From sequence record NC_048196.1: 64,000 nt of DNA; one strand, given 5' to 3'. This document shows positions 37,132 to 45,934 of the stretch, piece by piece (within the stretch, counting starts at the first letter, position 1; each line of letters starts with the position of its first letter). The position numbers and the translations under genes are program-made. The stretch is from Escherichia phage vB_EcoM_Schickermooser. The notes under the pieces were generated by a model. It saw only the letters and a program-made list of their open reading frames with translations, did no database searches and was not told the origin of the DNA.

Positions 37132-38505
37132 ATGGCAACTTTTCGTGAAAAGGTAGCAACCGTAACTTTACTGTATGGTGCTACATCAATTCGTGAAACC
37201 CAGTTCGATATTCCCCTGATCCTTACAGGTCAGAACGTAACTGGCGAAGCGATTCAATATTACTCTTCTTCCGATGCACTTTTGGAAGCAGGTTATGGAT
37301 TAAATGATCCAGCGTATATTATGGCAGTCAAACTGTTTAACGGTTTGTTCCCACCAGATCAAGTTATGGTTGGTAAGCGTGAAGTTACAAACTTTACTCT
37401 AACTCCAATCGTAGAAGATAGTGCAACTTACACAATTACCATCAAAAATGGTACCAAGAAAAAAGAATTTAAATTCATTGCTGATGACACTGCAACTGCA
37501 CAAGAGATTGTAGTTGGTCTGACTGAAATGATCAATGCAGATCTTGTTTATGGCCCACTGTTTACAGTAGCTAACAACGGCGCTGCAATGACTTTCACTC
37601 CAGTAGAAGGTAAGTTTGGTTCTATTGACAGCACAGGTTTCACTCAAGAAACTGTCTATGCTAATGCTATTACGGAAGATATTGCTGCTCTGCATGATAT
37701 TGATAGTAGCTGGTTCTGGACCCTTTCAGATTCCCATGAAACAGAAGATATTCTAGCTTTGGCTGCATGGGTAGAAGAGAATGATAAAGTTTACTTCTTC
37801 TCTAGTTCTGAACCTGGAATTAAAACGAAAGCAGAAGATAACGTTCTGGAACGACTGAATGATCTCGGTTATAATAACACTTGCTTTGCATTGTGGATGA
37901 CCGATGCAGATTCTGTATTCCCAGAAGCAGCAGTTGTTGGTGCTATCTGTTCTCGTCAACCTGGTTTAACTACCCTTCACGGTAAAACACTGGTAGGTGT
38001 AGAGATCGAGAAACTGGATCAGACTTCGGAAAACAATATTGTTCAACAGAACGGTAACATCTATCGTAAAGAGCATGGAACTCTGTTCTATCGTGATGGA
38101 TTGATGGTTAGCGGTTTCTTTGTTGACTATGTTGTTCATGCTTTGTGGTTTAAAGCTCGCACAGAAGAATCACTGTTTACACTGTTTAAACAACAGTCTA
38201 TGCTGGGTGGTGGTGTTCGTGCTACTTCAAACGGTCTAGCTTTGATTCGACAAGCTGTTCTGGCTAACCCGATCCAAGTAGGTATCCTCAACGGTTCCAT
38301 CGCTAATGAAGTTGTTACTTCTGAAGAGACTGGTTTGCGTGTCGATCTGAAACCTATTGTTTATATTCCTTCTCGTGCCGATATGACCGATGCGCAAATC
38401 AATGCTCGTCTGGTTGATGGGATGAAGATTGAATATGTTTACGCTGGCTTCTTCCATTACGTTAAAGTTCAGGTCAACGTCCTGACTAACCGTACTGCAA
38501 ACTAA
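37132..38505 (+). CDS. tail sheath protein
   Basis: 457 aa, host-optimal codons, directly upstream of tube, chaperone and tape measure genes. Confidence 0.55.
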   Translation: MATFREKVATVTLLYGATSIRETQFDIPLILTGQNVTGEAIQYYSSSDALLEAGYGLNDPAYIMAVKLFNGLFPPDQVMVGKREVTNFTLTPIVEDSATYTITIKNGTKKKEFKFIADDTATAQEIVVGLTEMINADLVYGPLFTVANNGAAMTFTPVEGKFGSIDSTGFTQETVYANAITEDIAALHDIDSSWFWTLSDSHETEDILALAAWVEENDKVYFFSSSEPGIKTKAEDNVLERLNDLGYNNTCFALWMTDADSVFPEAAVVGAICSRQPGLTTLHGKTLVGVEIEKLDQTSENNIVQQNGNIYRKEHGTLFYRDGLMVSGFFVDYVVHALWFKARTEESLFTLFKQQSMLGGGVRATSNGLALIRQAVLANPIQVGILNGSIANEVVTSEETGLRVDLKPIVYIPSRADMTDAQINARLVDGMKIEYVYAGFFHYVKVQVNVLTNRTAN

Positions 38506-38507
38506 TA

Positions 38508-38535
38508 CGGCGGGGGTTAAGCCCCCGTTATCAAA
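38508..38535 (+). terminator. hairpin (possible attenuator) after sheath gene
   Basis: CGGCGGGGGTTAAGCCCCCGTT, weak T-run. Confidence 0.35.
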
Positions 38536-38551
38536 ATAAAGAGGATCTATA

Positions 38552-39031
38552 ATGGATAAAATGCTTACTGGCGTAATGGCCTACGACCCATCTCAAGTTA
38601 TCCTTTCATTAGGTGGTTGGGAACCGTGGGGTTTTGCGGCTGATACTAAAATCGTTATTGCTAAATCTAACGATATTATCAACCCTTATTCAGGGACTGA
38701 TGGGGACGTTTCATTAGCTTTGAGTCGTAACCGTTTGGGAACACTCACAATGTCTTTGCAACGCACATCTCCAGCTAACGAAGTACTTGCAACATATGCA
38801 CAAACAATGTATTCTACTCGTCAAGTAGCATTCAGTGTTTACTTGGAAGACCCACGTGGCTATTACATTAGCACGATTGGATGGATTCAAAGTCAGCCTG
38901 AAGATACTATTGGCGAAATGATTACAGAGAACCAATGGGTTATTGGTCTTAAAGATGCAAGCCTTCTGCGTAATGAAGTTGGTGTAGGTTTGAGCACCCT
39001 TAACTCAATCTCTGCTCTGACAATTCAATAA
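38552..39031 (+). CDS. tail tube protein
   Basis: 159 aa immediately after sheath gene. Confidence 0.5.
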   Translation: MDKMLTGVMAYDPSQVILSLGGWEPWGFAADTKIVIAKSNDIINPYSGTDGDVSLALSRNRLGTLTMSLQRTSPANEVLATYAQTMYSTRQVAFSVYLEDPRGYYISTIGWIQSQPEDTIGEMITENQWVIGLKDASLLRNEVGVGLSTLNSISALTIQ

Positions 39032-39039
39032 TAAATAAA

Positions 39040-39059
39040 GGGCAGAAATGCCCTTTTTT
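39040..39059 (+). terminator. rho-independent terminator after tube gene
   Basis: GGGCAGAAATGCCCTTTTTT. Confidence 0.6.
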
Positions 39060-39077
39060 ATCATTAGAGAGGAAAAT

Positions 39078-39560
39078 ATGTCACAAGAACAAGATAACAC
39101 AATTCAAAAATATGCTCGACCAGAAGAAGTAGTTGAGATTCCGTTAGATGGAAACAGATCTGTTACTTTCCGTATTATGAAGTGGAGTCCATCTAAAGTG
39201 TTTGACAGGATTCCAGAATTAGGTAGTGTTCTGGTTGTTCCTATGACTATGTATAGCACAGCAACAATGTCCGCAGACGAAGACCTTGAGTCACGTATTG
39301 CTATGGCACTGATCCAACTTTTTGCAGGTTTGGAAGAAAAGAATTTAACTGTCTTTTTGCGTAAAATTTTAGATGAGGTTTATACCCAAGACGGTTATAA
39401 CGTTGCAGAAAATTTTGATGAATTATTTATGGCTCACCCAGAACTAGTGTTAGATCTTACTGCTAAAGTTCTGGAGGTAAACTACGGCCCTTTTTTCAAA
39501 CGAGGTTTCGGAAAACTGTTCACACAGCTTCAGGCGATGACGAGTTTAGCAGCAAATTAA
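39078..39560 (+). CDS. tail assembly chaperone (zero-frame product)
   Basis: ATG with GAGAGGAAAA RBS; track start 39048 overlaps terminator; upstream of tape measure. Confidence 0.5.
   Translation: MSQEQDNTIQKYARPEEVVEIPLDGNRSVTFRIMKWSPSKVFDRIPELGSVLVVPMTMYSTATMSADEDLESRIAMALIQLFAGLEEKNLTVFLRKILDEVYTQDGYNVAENFDELFMAHPELVLDLTAKVLEVNYGPFFKRGFGKLFTQLQAMTSLAAN
39491..39497 (+). other. candidate -1 frameshift slippery heptamer T TTT TTC
   Basis: Zero-frame codons TTT TTC; -1 frame open from 39467 to 39826. Confidence 0.45.
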
Positions 39561-39607
39561 CACCTGCGATTGAACATGCTATCGACACAGCAACGAAAAC
39601 CCTTACT

Positions 39608-39826
39608 TTGAAGTGGTATGAGGTTATTCTTTGCAAAGTCGTTAAAGATACCTCGGAAACACTGAAAACATTGGATAACTACGGTGTAGATTATCTTTTA
39701 AAACTATATGAGTATTTAACATACGAAGAGTATGTTGAAGCCATGTATGTTAAAGACACTTCAATAAAGAGAAAACATCAAAACCAGACAAATAAAATGT
39801 CAGATTTGTTTAAGAAACTTGTTTAA
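39608..39826 (+). CDS. -1 frame extension of tail assembly chaperone
   Basis: -1 frame open from 39467, overlapping end of 39078..39560; track ORF begins at TTG. Confidence 0.4.
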   Translation: MKWYEVILCKVVKDTSETLKTLDNYGVDYLLKLYEYLTYEEYVEAMYVKDTSIKRKHQNQTNKMSDLFKKLV

Positions 39827-39846
39827 TCCAACACGAGGAACATACT

Positions 39847-41835
39847 TTGTTAGAAATTAACGCCTCCAGAATTAGTAACGTGGTTACGTTTAAGGTGGAC
39901 AAGAACAGTCTCAAGGAAGCAAAAGATGCCGTGTTGAGTGTTCAGAAGTTTGCAAATAAAATGCAACCCACTATGAACATGACCAAGTTTAGACAACAAA
40001 TGAAAGAGATTGAGCGTGAACTTAAGAAAGCTCAAACTCAAAGTCAAAAACCTATGCGAGCACCTACTCCCGCCGGAGCGGGTGCTCCTGTAGGAGGATC
40101 TGGTAGACCTAGAACTCCTAAAACCCCGCAAGGAAGAGAAGAAGAAAAAGCTCGTAAAGCTGCTGAACGCGAAGCTAAAGCAGCAGCACGTAGGGAAGAT
40201 TTAGGTAATCTTCGTTTGCAGAACTTTAACTACAGAGCAAGAGCATTTAGTAAAGCCAGTCCTGGCGCTATGCAAGAAGCTAGGGACGTTATGGGTAAAG
40301 CTGTAGAGCAATACAAAAAGGGTGAAATAACTCTTCAACGTATGAACCAAGCTCTTGCTCACCAGTTGGATGCTTTACGCAGATCTCATCGTGAAAAGAA
40401 TGCTGAAATAGAAGACGAGGTTCGCGGTCGTCGCCGTATTCGTAGAGAGCTAGAAGCAGAAGCTAAAATGCGTATACGTATGCGAAATCGTGAACTTAGA
40501 GATATAGAACGCAACCGTAAGCGTGAATTAGCTCAACAGAAACGTGATCGTGATCGTAGATACGGACAATTAAAAGAAGGTGCAGCAGGTCTTAATCCAC
40601 GCATGATTGCATCCTCTTTGATAGGTGCTGGGCTGTTTGCAGGTGGTTCTGTAGTTGGTAACACGTTGATGAATACTAACGAAAGAATTAAACTTGTAAG
40701 TCGTGGTGCTGAAAACGTTCAGACAAACGCCAACGCTATTTTGGCAATGACAGCTTGGGGTGAACAGAACGGTGTAGACTCTGCAAATATTATTAAATCA
40801 ATAGATAATATTAAAGACGTTCGTGAACGTCTTGGTAATACCGTTTTAGCTGCAAAGTGGAATGAGAAAGAAGGGAAGTGGAAAGGCGGTGATAATGGCA
40901 TAACTGACATTATGAACTTGTTTGGATGGAATCCAGAACAGCTTAAACCTTTACAGAACGATCCTTTAGCTTTTATTCAGGCTACTGTTAATGAAGGTGA
41001 GCGTCGAGGTATGAACTCTGCTCAAATCGGGCGACTTCTTGAAAACCTTGGTGATGACCTTATGCACTACCAACGTATGTTTAGTAAAAACGGCGAAGGG
41101 TATAATGAAGTATTGAAAATGCTTCAAAGAACAGGTGCAACATTAACTCAAGAACAAATAGATGCTTCTAAAGAGTTTACTCGTTTTGCTGCAACAGTTC
41201 AGCTTGTAGGTCAAGGTATGCAGAACCACTTCTTAGAGGGTTTTGTGAAAGCCTTACCTAAAGATGATTCTTGGTTGGATAACGTTAAAGTGCTAGATCA
41301 GTTTGCCAAAGATTTAGGTGAAGAACTCGGTAAGACAACAGTTCAATTAGGAGGTTTTGCTAAAGAATTAGGAGATGGCTTCGGATCTTTTACCAATTGG
41401 CTTAAAGAAACATTCCCAGATACATTCGGAGACAACACAGATCCTAATAAATCTATGGCACAAAAAGCATACGAGGCAACGCAAAGTGGAGACAGCAATC
41501 CTGTAGCAGATTGGTTGTACAATTTAACAGGTATTGATACACAAGACATTGGTCGTATGTGGAGAGGAGAACAAACAAGGACACGTGCTTTTGGATTTGG
41601 TAATCCTCTTGAAGATTTACGTGAATCAGCCTATACACCTAACGTAAGTTTGGCTCGTAATCAACCTGTTGTTGAGAATACGGTAGCAATACCAAGTGAT
41701 CTTATCAAAGTTACGATCAGCCCTTCTTCAGAGTTTGGAAATATTCTTGATGCAAGAATTCAAAATAGCGGAAATAGCATTTTCCAACGTTTGTCTCTTT
41801 CAACTCTAAGTGGACAATCTAACACTGGTGGTTAA
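39847..41835 (+). CDS. tail tape measure protein
   Basis: 662 aa, TTG start, coiled-coil Arg/Glu-rich N-terminal third, position after chaperones. Confidence 0.55.
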   Translation: MLEINASRISNVVTFKVDKNSLKEAKDAVLSVQKFANKMQPTMNMTKFRQQMKEIERELKKAQTQSQKPMRAPTPAGAGAPVGGSGRPRTPKTPQGREEEKARKAAEREAKAAARREDLGNLRLQNFNYRARAFSKASPGAMQEARDVMGKAVEQYKKGEITLQRMNQALAHQLDALRRSHREKNAEIEDEVRGRRRIRRELEAEAKMRIRMRNRELRDIERNRKRELAQQKRDRDRRYGQLKEGAAGLNPRMIASSLIGAGLFAGGSVVGNTLMNTNERIKLVSRGAENVQTNANAILAMTAWGEQNGVDSANIIKSIDNIKDVRERLGNTVLAAKWNEKEGKWKGGDNGITDIMNLFGWNPEQLKPLQNDPLAFIQATVNEGERRGMNSAQIGRLLENLGDDLMHYQRMFSKNGEGYNEVLKMLQRTGATLTQEQIDASKEFTRFAATVQLVGQGMQNHFLEGFVKALPKDDSWLDNVKVLDQFAKDLGEELGKTTVQLGGFAKELGDGFGSFTNWLKETFPDTFGDNTDPNKSMAQKAYEATQSGDSNPVADWLYNLTGIDTQDIGRMWRGEQTRTRAFGFGNPLEDLRESAYTPNVSLARNQPVVENTVAIPSDLIKVTISPSSEFGNILDARIQNSGNSIFQRLSLSTLSGQSNTGG

Positions 41836-41842
41836 TAAAATA

Positions 41843-41866
41843 CCTCGCTTCGGCGGGGTTTTTTCG
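41843..41866 (+). terminator. rho-independent terminator after tape measure gene
   Basis: CCTCGCTTCGGCGGGGTTTTTT. Confidence 0.55.
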
Positions 41867-41872
41867 TTTCCC

Positions 41873-41902
41873 TTGACACGAAGTTTCTATATGTGTTACA
41901 AT
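41873..41902 (+). promoter_or_regulatory. sigma70-like promoter TTGACA-18nt-TACAAT
   Basis: Read directly upstream of baseplate block. Confidence 0.5.
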
Positions 41903-41961
41903 AATCAATATGGGAAGATCTTGCATCTTCCTTTTGGCATTATCATTACTACGAGGTTATC

Positions 41962-42663
41962 ATGGCAGCAATGACTCCACAACAGTCGGTGAGAGCCGTC
42001 TATAAGGCAGAACAGGAAATCAACTCTACCGAGAATAAAAATACCTCGGCATCTACTGTAAAGGGTGATAATGGTTTCTGCATTTTAGCAAGTGTTTATA
42101 ATAGTTCAAGTGATCAATACATTCAAAACTTTAAAGCAATTACTTTCGATTCGGTCCCTGAAGTAGGTGTAACTCGTGAGGCAGATGTTACAAGTTTTCC
42201 AGTAGAATCAGGATCGGATGTAAGTGACCACGTTCAAATAAAAAACAACAGATTTAAACTTTCAGGTATAATTACCGAAACACCAATTCGGCTTATGCGA
42301 GATCAATTATACAGTGCAGGTGTAAATGGGGCAAGGATTTCTCAAGCAATAGAATATCTAGATCAAATATTTGAGTCAAGACAACCAATAGTTCTTTTGA
42401 CAGAACACAGGACTTTTGAAAATGTTATTCTGAAAGGGTACTCTTATGATTATAAATCTGAATTTGCTATGCAATTTGATTTAGAGTTCGAACAAATTCG
42501 TCTAGTCTCTAAGGCCACTACTAATGCTATTGCTGTAAAAACAGCACCAAATAAGTCAACTGGTGGTGATGTGAAAGGTCAAGTCGCTTCTAATGGTCCT
42601 AAGTCAGATATTACAGTAAGAACTGCTGAAGCTACTAATACCCCAACAAACAACGGAGGTTAA
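41962..42663 (+). CDS. hypothetical tail/baseplate protein (233 aa)
   Basis: Track ORF. Confidence 0.45.
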   Translation: MAAMTPQQSVRAVYKAEQEINSTENKNTSASTVKGDNGFCILASVYNSSSDQYIQNFKAITFDSVPEVGVTREADVTSFPVESGSDVSDHVQIKNNRFKLSGIITETPIRLMRDQLYSAGVNGARISQAIEYLDQIFESRQPIVLLTEHRTFENVILKGYSYDYKSEFAMQFDLEFEQIRLVSKATTNAIAVKTAPNKSTGGDVKGQVASNGPKSDITVRTAEATNTPTNNGG

Positions 42664-42665
42664 TA

Positions 42666-43079
42666 GTGACAACTTATTCTAAAACAACAAGGTCTACAAG
42701 TAATACTGGCTACAGTGCAGTTTATCTGGAGGACCATTCTACTTATTTTGCATGGTATCTGAAAACTGAAGAGTACCCTGATCAAACATATACAGTTACA
42801 TTGGATGGAGTTGATTATGACATTCGTTTAAGGTGGAACACTAGGGACGAGTCTTGGCAATGTCAGATAGGATTATCTGGAGATGATCCAAGTATAAGTT
42901 TCAAAGTTACAAATGGTTTAGATCTTCTTAAACCTTATAAATATCTTGAAAGTGTGCCAGATGGTCAATTGTATATAGTAGATACAGTTAAGATTAATGG
43001 TCGTCCTGGGTATACAACTACAGGTCGAGATAAACGTTTTGTATTGGTTTATATTGATAACAAACCTAATCAGGCGTAA
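42666..43079 (+). CDS. hypothetical tail/baseplate protein (137 aa)
   Basis: Track ORF. Confidence 0.45.
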   Translation: MTTYSKTTRSTSNTGYSAVYLEDHSTYFAWYLKTEEYPDQTYTVTLDGVDYDIRLRWNTRDESWQCQIGLSGDDPSISFKVTNGLDLLKPYKYLESVPDGQLYIVDTVKINGRPGYTTTGRDKRFVLVYIDNKPNQA

Positions 43080-43088
43080 GGAGATAAT

Positions 43089-44099
43089 ATGGCAGAAAGA
43101 GAGTATACAAAAGCTCCCGCCCCTAATTTAAACAGGGCATACAAATTATTAATTGGTTCTGCCACAAACACAATACAGAAGAGAACTAAGAACTCGGCAT
43201 TTAAATCTACAGTAGATTTGGATACCAAGTTAGGGACAACAGAAAAATCCTCTTCTAATTTGTATTTGTTGCAAGACCATCAAATAACCTTCAGTATTAA
43301 GAAAGATAATAACAAAGATCCTAACCAAGCAGAGATTGTAGTTTATAACCTTTCGGATGATACTGTTAACTATATAAACCGTGGTATCCGAAATAACTTG
43401 GCTGTTGCTTTAGCGGTAGGATACGAAGGTGAAGAGTTGGTTATGGTCTTCAAAGGAACTATCCAGTGGGTTAGTGATACTTTTGACTCGGTAGACAGGA
43501 AAACCACTTTACACTGTTTGGATGGCGGTATTAACATTGCAGAAGCAAGAACAAGCCGCAGTTATCCAAAAGGAACTAAAATCAAACGTGTTGTGACAGA
43601 TTTGGTAAAGGATTTAGGAACTACAGAAGGTAATATACACGTAGATAATGATCAAACCTTATCTTCAGCAACAGCTATGTGTGGAAACACTTCACATTAC
43701 CTAGAACATATTTGTAAAAGTATTGATCACAATGTGTCGATACAAGATGGATCTGTTTATGTCACTCCTCGTTCACAAATGTCTAGTGCACGTAGCGCCT
43801 ACATTAGCCCTGAAACTGGTCTGATAGGAAGTCCAGAACCATTCCACAACGATATAAAACCTACTAAAAAAGTTACCAAGTCCTCTAAGAAGGCAAAGAA
43901 ACCTACAGATGGTGTTAAATTCAAATGCCAAATGAATGGTGCAATACTACCAGAAAAAACAATCTGGTTAAAAAGCCGAGATTATGATGGTCCATTTAAA
44001 GTTGTTTCTGTTTCTCACAATGGTGATAAAGAGGGTAAAGAGTGGGTTACTGAAGTGGAGTGTGTATCCGTGTCTGAAATAATGACTAAGGAGAAATAA
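43089..44099 (+). CDS. hypothetical baseplate hub-like protein (336 aa)
   Basis: Track ORF. Confidence 0.4.
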   Translation: MAEREYTKAPAPNLNRAYKLLIGSATNTIQKRTKNSAFKSTVDLDTKLGTTEKSSSNLYLLQDHQITFSIKKDNNKDPNQAEIVVYNLSDDTVNYINRGIRNNLAVALAVGYEGEELVMVFKGTIQWVSDTFDSVDRKTTLHCLDGGINIAEARTSRSYPKGTKIKRVVTDLVKDLGTTEGNIHVDNDQTLSSATAMCGNTSHYLEHICKSIDHNVSIQDGSVYVTPRSQMSSARSAYISPETGLIGSPEPFHNDIKPTKKVTKSSKKAKKPTDGVKFKCQMNGAILPEKTIWLKSRDYDGPFKVVSVSHNGDKEGKEWVTEVECVSVSEIMTKEK

Positions 44100-44833
44100 T
44101 GGATGCATTGAATTTTGTCACAGCAATGCGCGGATTAATGACAGAACAATTAGCAGAAGTCCATACAGCCCTGCCAGTCCGTGTGACTGGCGTTAATTAT
44201 GGTGCTAAAACTGTCACTTTAGAATCTATTGTTAAAAACACACGATCTAGTGAAGATGAAATAGATTATCCTACTTTTGAAGATGTTCCTTTTATGGTTA
44301 ATGGGGGTGGGACAGGAAGAATCTCATTCCCTATTAAAGCTGGCGATTTAGGAACTGTTATATTTTCTGAAAGAGATCCTTCTAATGCACTGCAAACTAG
44401 TGGAGAAACCTCTTCATCATCCACTTTTATGCAGCCTTGTGGATTATACCCTATTTGTTTTATTCCCAAAATAGCTACAGGAACAGATTCAACAGAAGCC
44501 GTAGATTCTGAAAAGGTAGTTATTTCTAATAACAAAAACACGTACGCTTCTTTCGACCCTACAGGTAATATTTCAATATGGAATAGTCAAGGGATGAAAA
44601 TAGATATTACTACCTCCGGTATTACTATTACAGATGGCACAGGGACTTTGGATCTAAAAGGTGGTAATTTAACTTTCAAAGGCGGCGTGGCAGATATCAA
44701 TGGTCTTAAAATAGATCAGAACGGTTTGATGACAGATGGTAATGGCATCGGATTCCATACTCACACGCACACGGTTCGTAACATTCAGAGCGGTAACTCA
44801 AGTGCCGAGTCCTTAAAACCAACAGGAGCCTAA
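44099..44833 (+). CDS. putative central baseplate spike (gpV-like)
   Basis: 244 aa; C-terminal FHTHTHT motif resembles metal-binding spike apex. Confidence 0.4.
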   Translation: MDALNFVTAMRGLMTEQLAEVHTALPVRVTGVNYGAKTVTLESIVKNTRSSEDEIDYPTFEDVPFMVNGGGTGRISFPIKAGDLGTVIFSERDPSNALQTSGETSSSSTFMQPCGLYPICFIPKIATGTDSTEAVDSEKVVISNNKNTYASFDPTGNISIWNSQGMKIDITTSGITITDGTGTLDLKGGNLTFKGGVADINGLKIDQNGLMTDGNGIGFHTHTHTVRNIQSGNSSAESLKPTGA

Positions 44834-44834
44834 C

Positions 44835-45461
44835 ATGGGAATCCCTTTTGACTTAAAACTTGGGCCAAACAACGACCTCATCATGGATGATGGGGATTTG
44901 GTCCTCACTACAACCAGAACAGAAATTGCAGCACAAACTCTTGGGATAACTCTGAACACGTATCGTGGGGAGTGGTTTTTAAATACTAACTTCGGTGTTC
45001 CTTACTTACAAGAGATTATTGGTGTTGCTAGAAAGAAAGATATTGTAGACAGAATATTTTTAGCAGAGATTGCCAAAAACGTTTACATAGATACAATAAA
45101 CAGTTATAAATCTGCTTATGATATGGATCAACGTTATTACTCAATGACAGTTATGGTCACAGTTGGAGCAGATACAGTAACATCTATATTCAATACTCAA
45201 CCTTCTGAAGAGTTTATTTACCCTGAAGCTGGTGAAGACAATGCAGCGATCACTTGTGAAGCTTACAGTATTGTTGAGAATTCGAATAGACTTTATCGCT
45301 TTATCAACTTTGTTGGTTTGCCACGTGATACCTACTCTACTTGGTGGAATGAATGGTCTACAGAGTCAGCAGTGGAAAGAATCATGGTTAACGAAAAAGG
45401 TGATGCATTAGCTACAAACAATAATTTCGGTATAACAGCTATGACAGGAGTAGAAGAGTAA
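44835..45461 (+). CDS. hypothetical baseplate protein (208 aa)
   Basis: Track ORF. Confidence 0.4.
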   Translation: MGIPFDLKLGPNNDLIMDDGDLVLTTTRTEIAAQTLGITLNTYRGEWFLNTNFGVPYLQEIIGVARKKDIVDRIFLAEIAKNVYIDTINSYKSAYDMDQRYYSMTVMVTVGADTVTSIFNTQPSEEFIYPEAGEDNAAITCEAYSIVENSNRLYRFINFVGLPRDTYSTWWNEWSTESAVERIMVNEKGDALATNNNFGITAMTGVEE

Positions 45462-45934
45462 TGGCAGATTTAACTACGATCAAAGTTTCTGATCTTACAC
45501 AAACAACCTCTGTGTCTGATACAGATTTCTTTGTAACAGATCAGGCTGGAATAACAAAGAAAACTTCTTTGAAAGTGCTGTTGAGTGGTGCAGGGGTAAC
45601 TAGAAACCGTCTGAATGCACGGGGAACAGTAACTAGCACCCTGGCATTAGATATTAGTTTGGCAGAATATTTTTCAGCAACTTTATCTTCTGCAACGTGC
45701 ACAATTAGTTTTACTAATATTCCAGTAGCAACAAATGCAGTTTTAAACTTTACTTTAGCTTTGCGTCAAGGAAGTGGTGCAAATAAAGTCGTATGGCCTT
45801 CTTCTGTAAAATGGAGTTTTGGTCGTTCCCCAGTTTTGAGTTATCGTCAAGGTGCAACAGACACTTTTGAGTTTATCAGTTATGATAATGGAGCAACTTG
45901 GACAGGTAGCTTAGTTTTAGCAGGAGTTATTTAA
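45461..45934 (+). CDS. hypothetical baseplate protein (157 aa)
   Basis: Track ORF, ATGA coupling. Confidence 0.4.
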   Translation: MADLTTIKVSDLTQTTSVSDTDFFVTDQAGITKKTSLKVLLSGAGVTRNRLNARGTVTSTLALDISLAEYFSATLSSATCTISFTNIPVATNAVLNFTLALRQGSGANKVVWPSSVKWSFGRSPVLSYRQGATDTFEFISYDNGATWTGSLVLAGVI

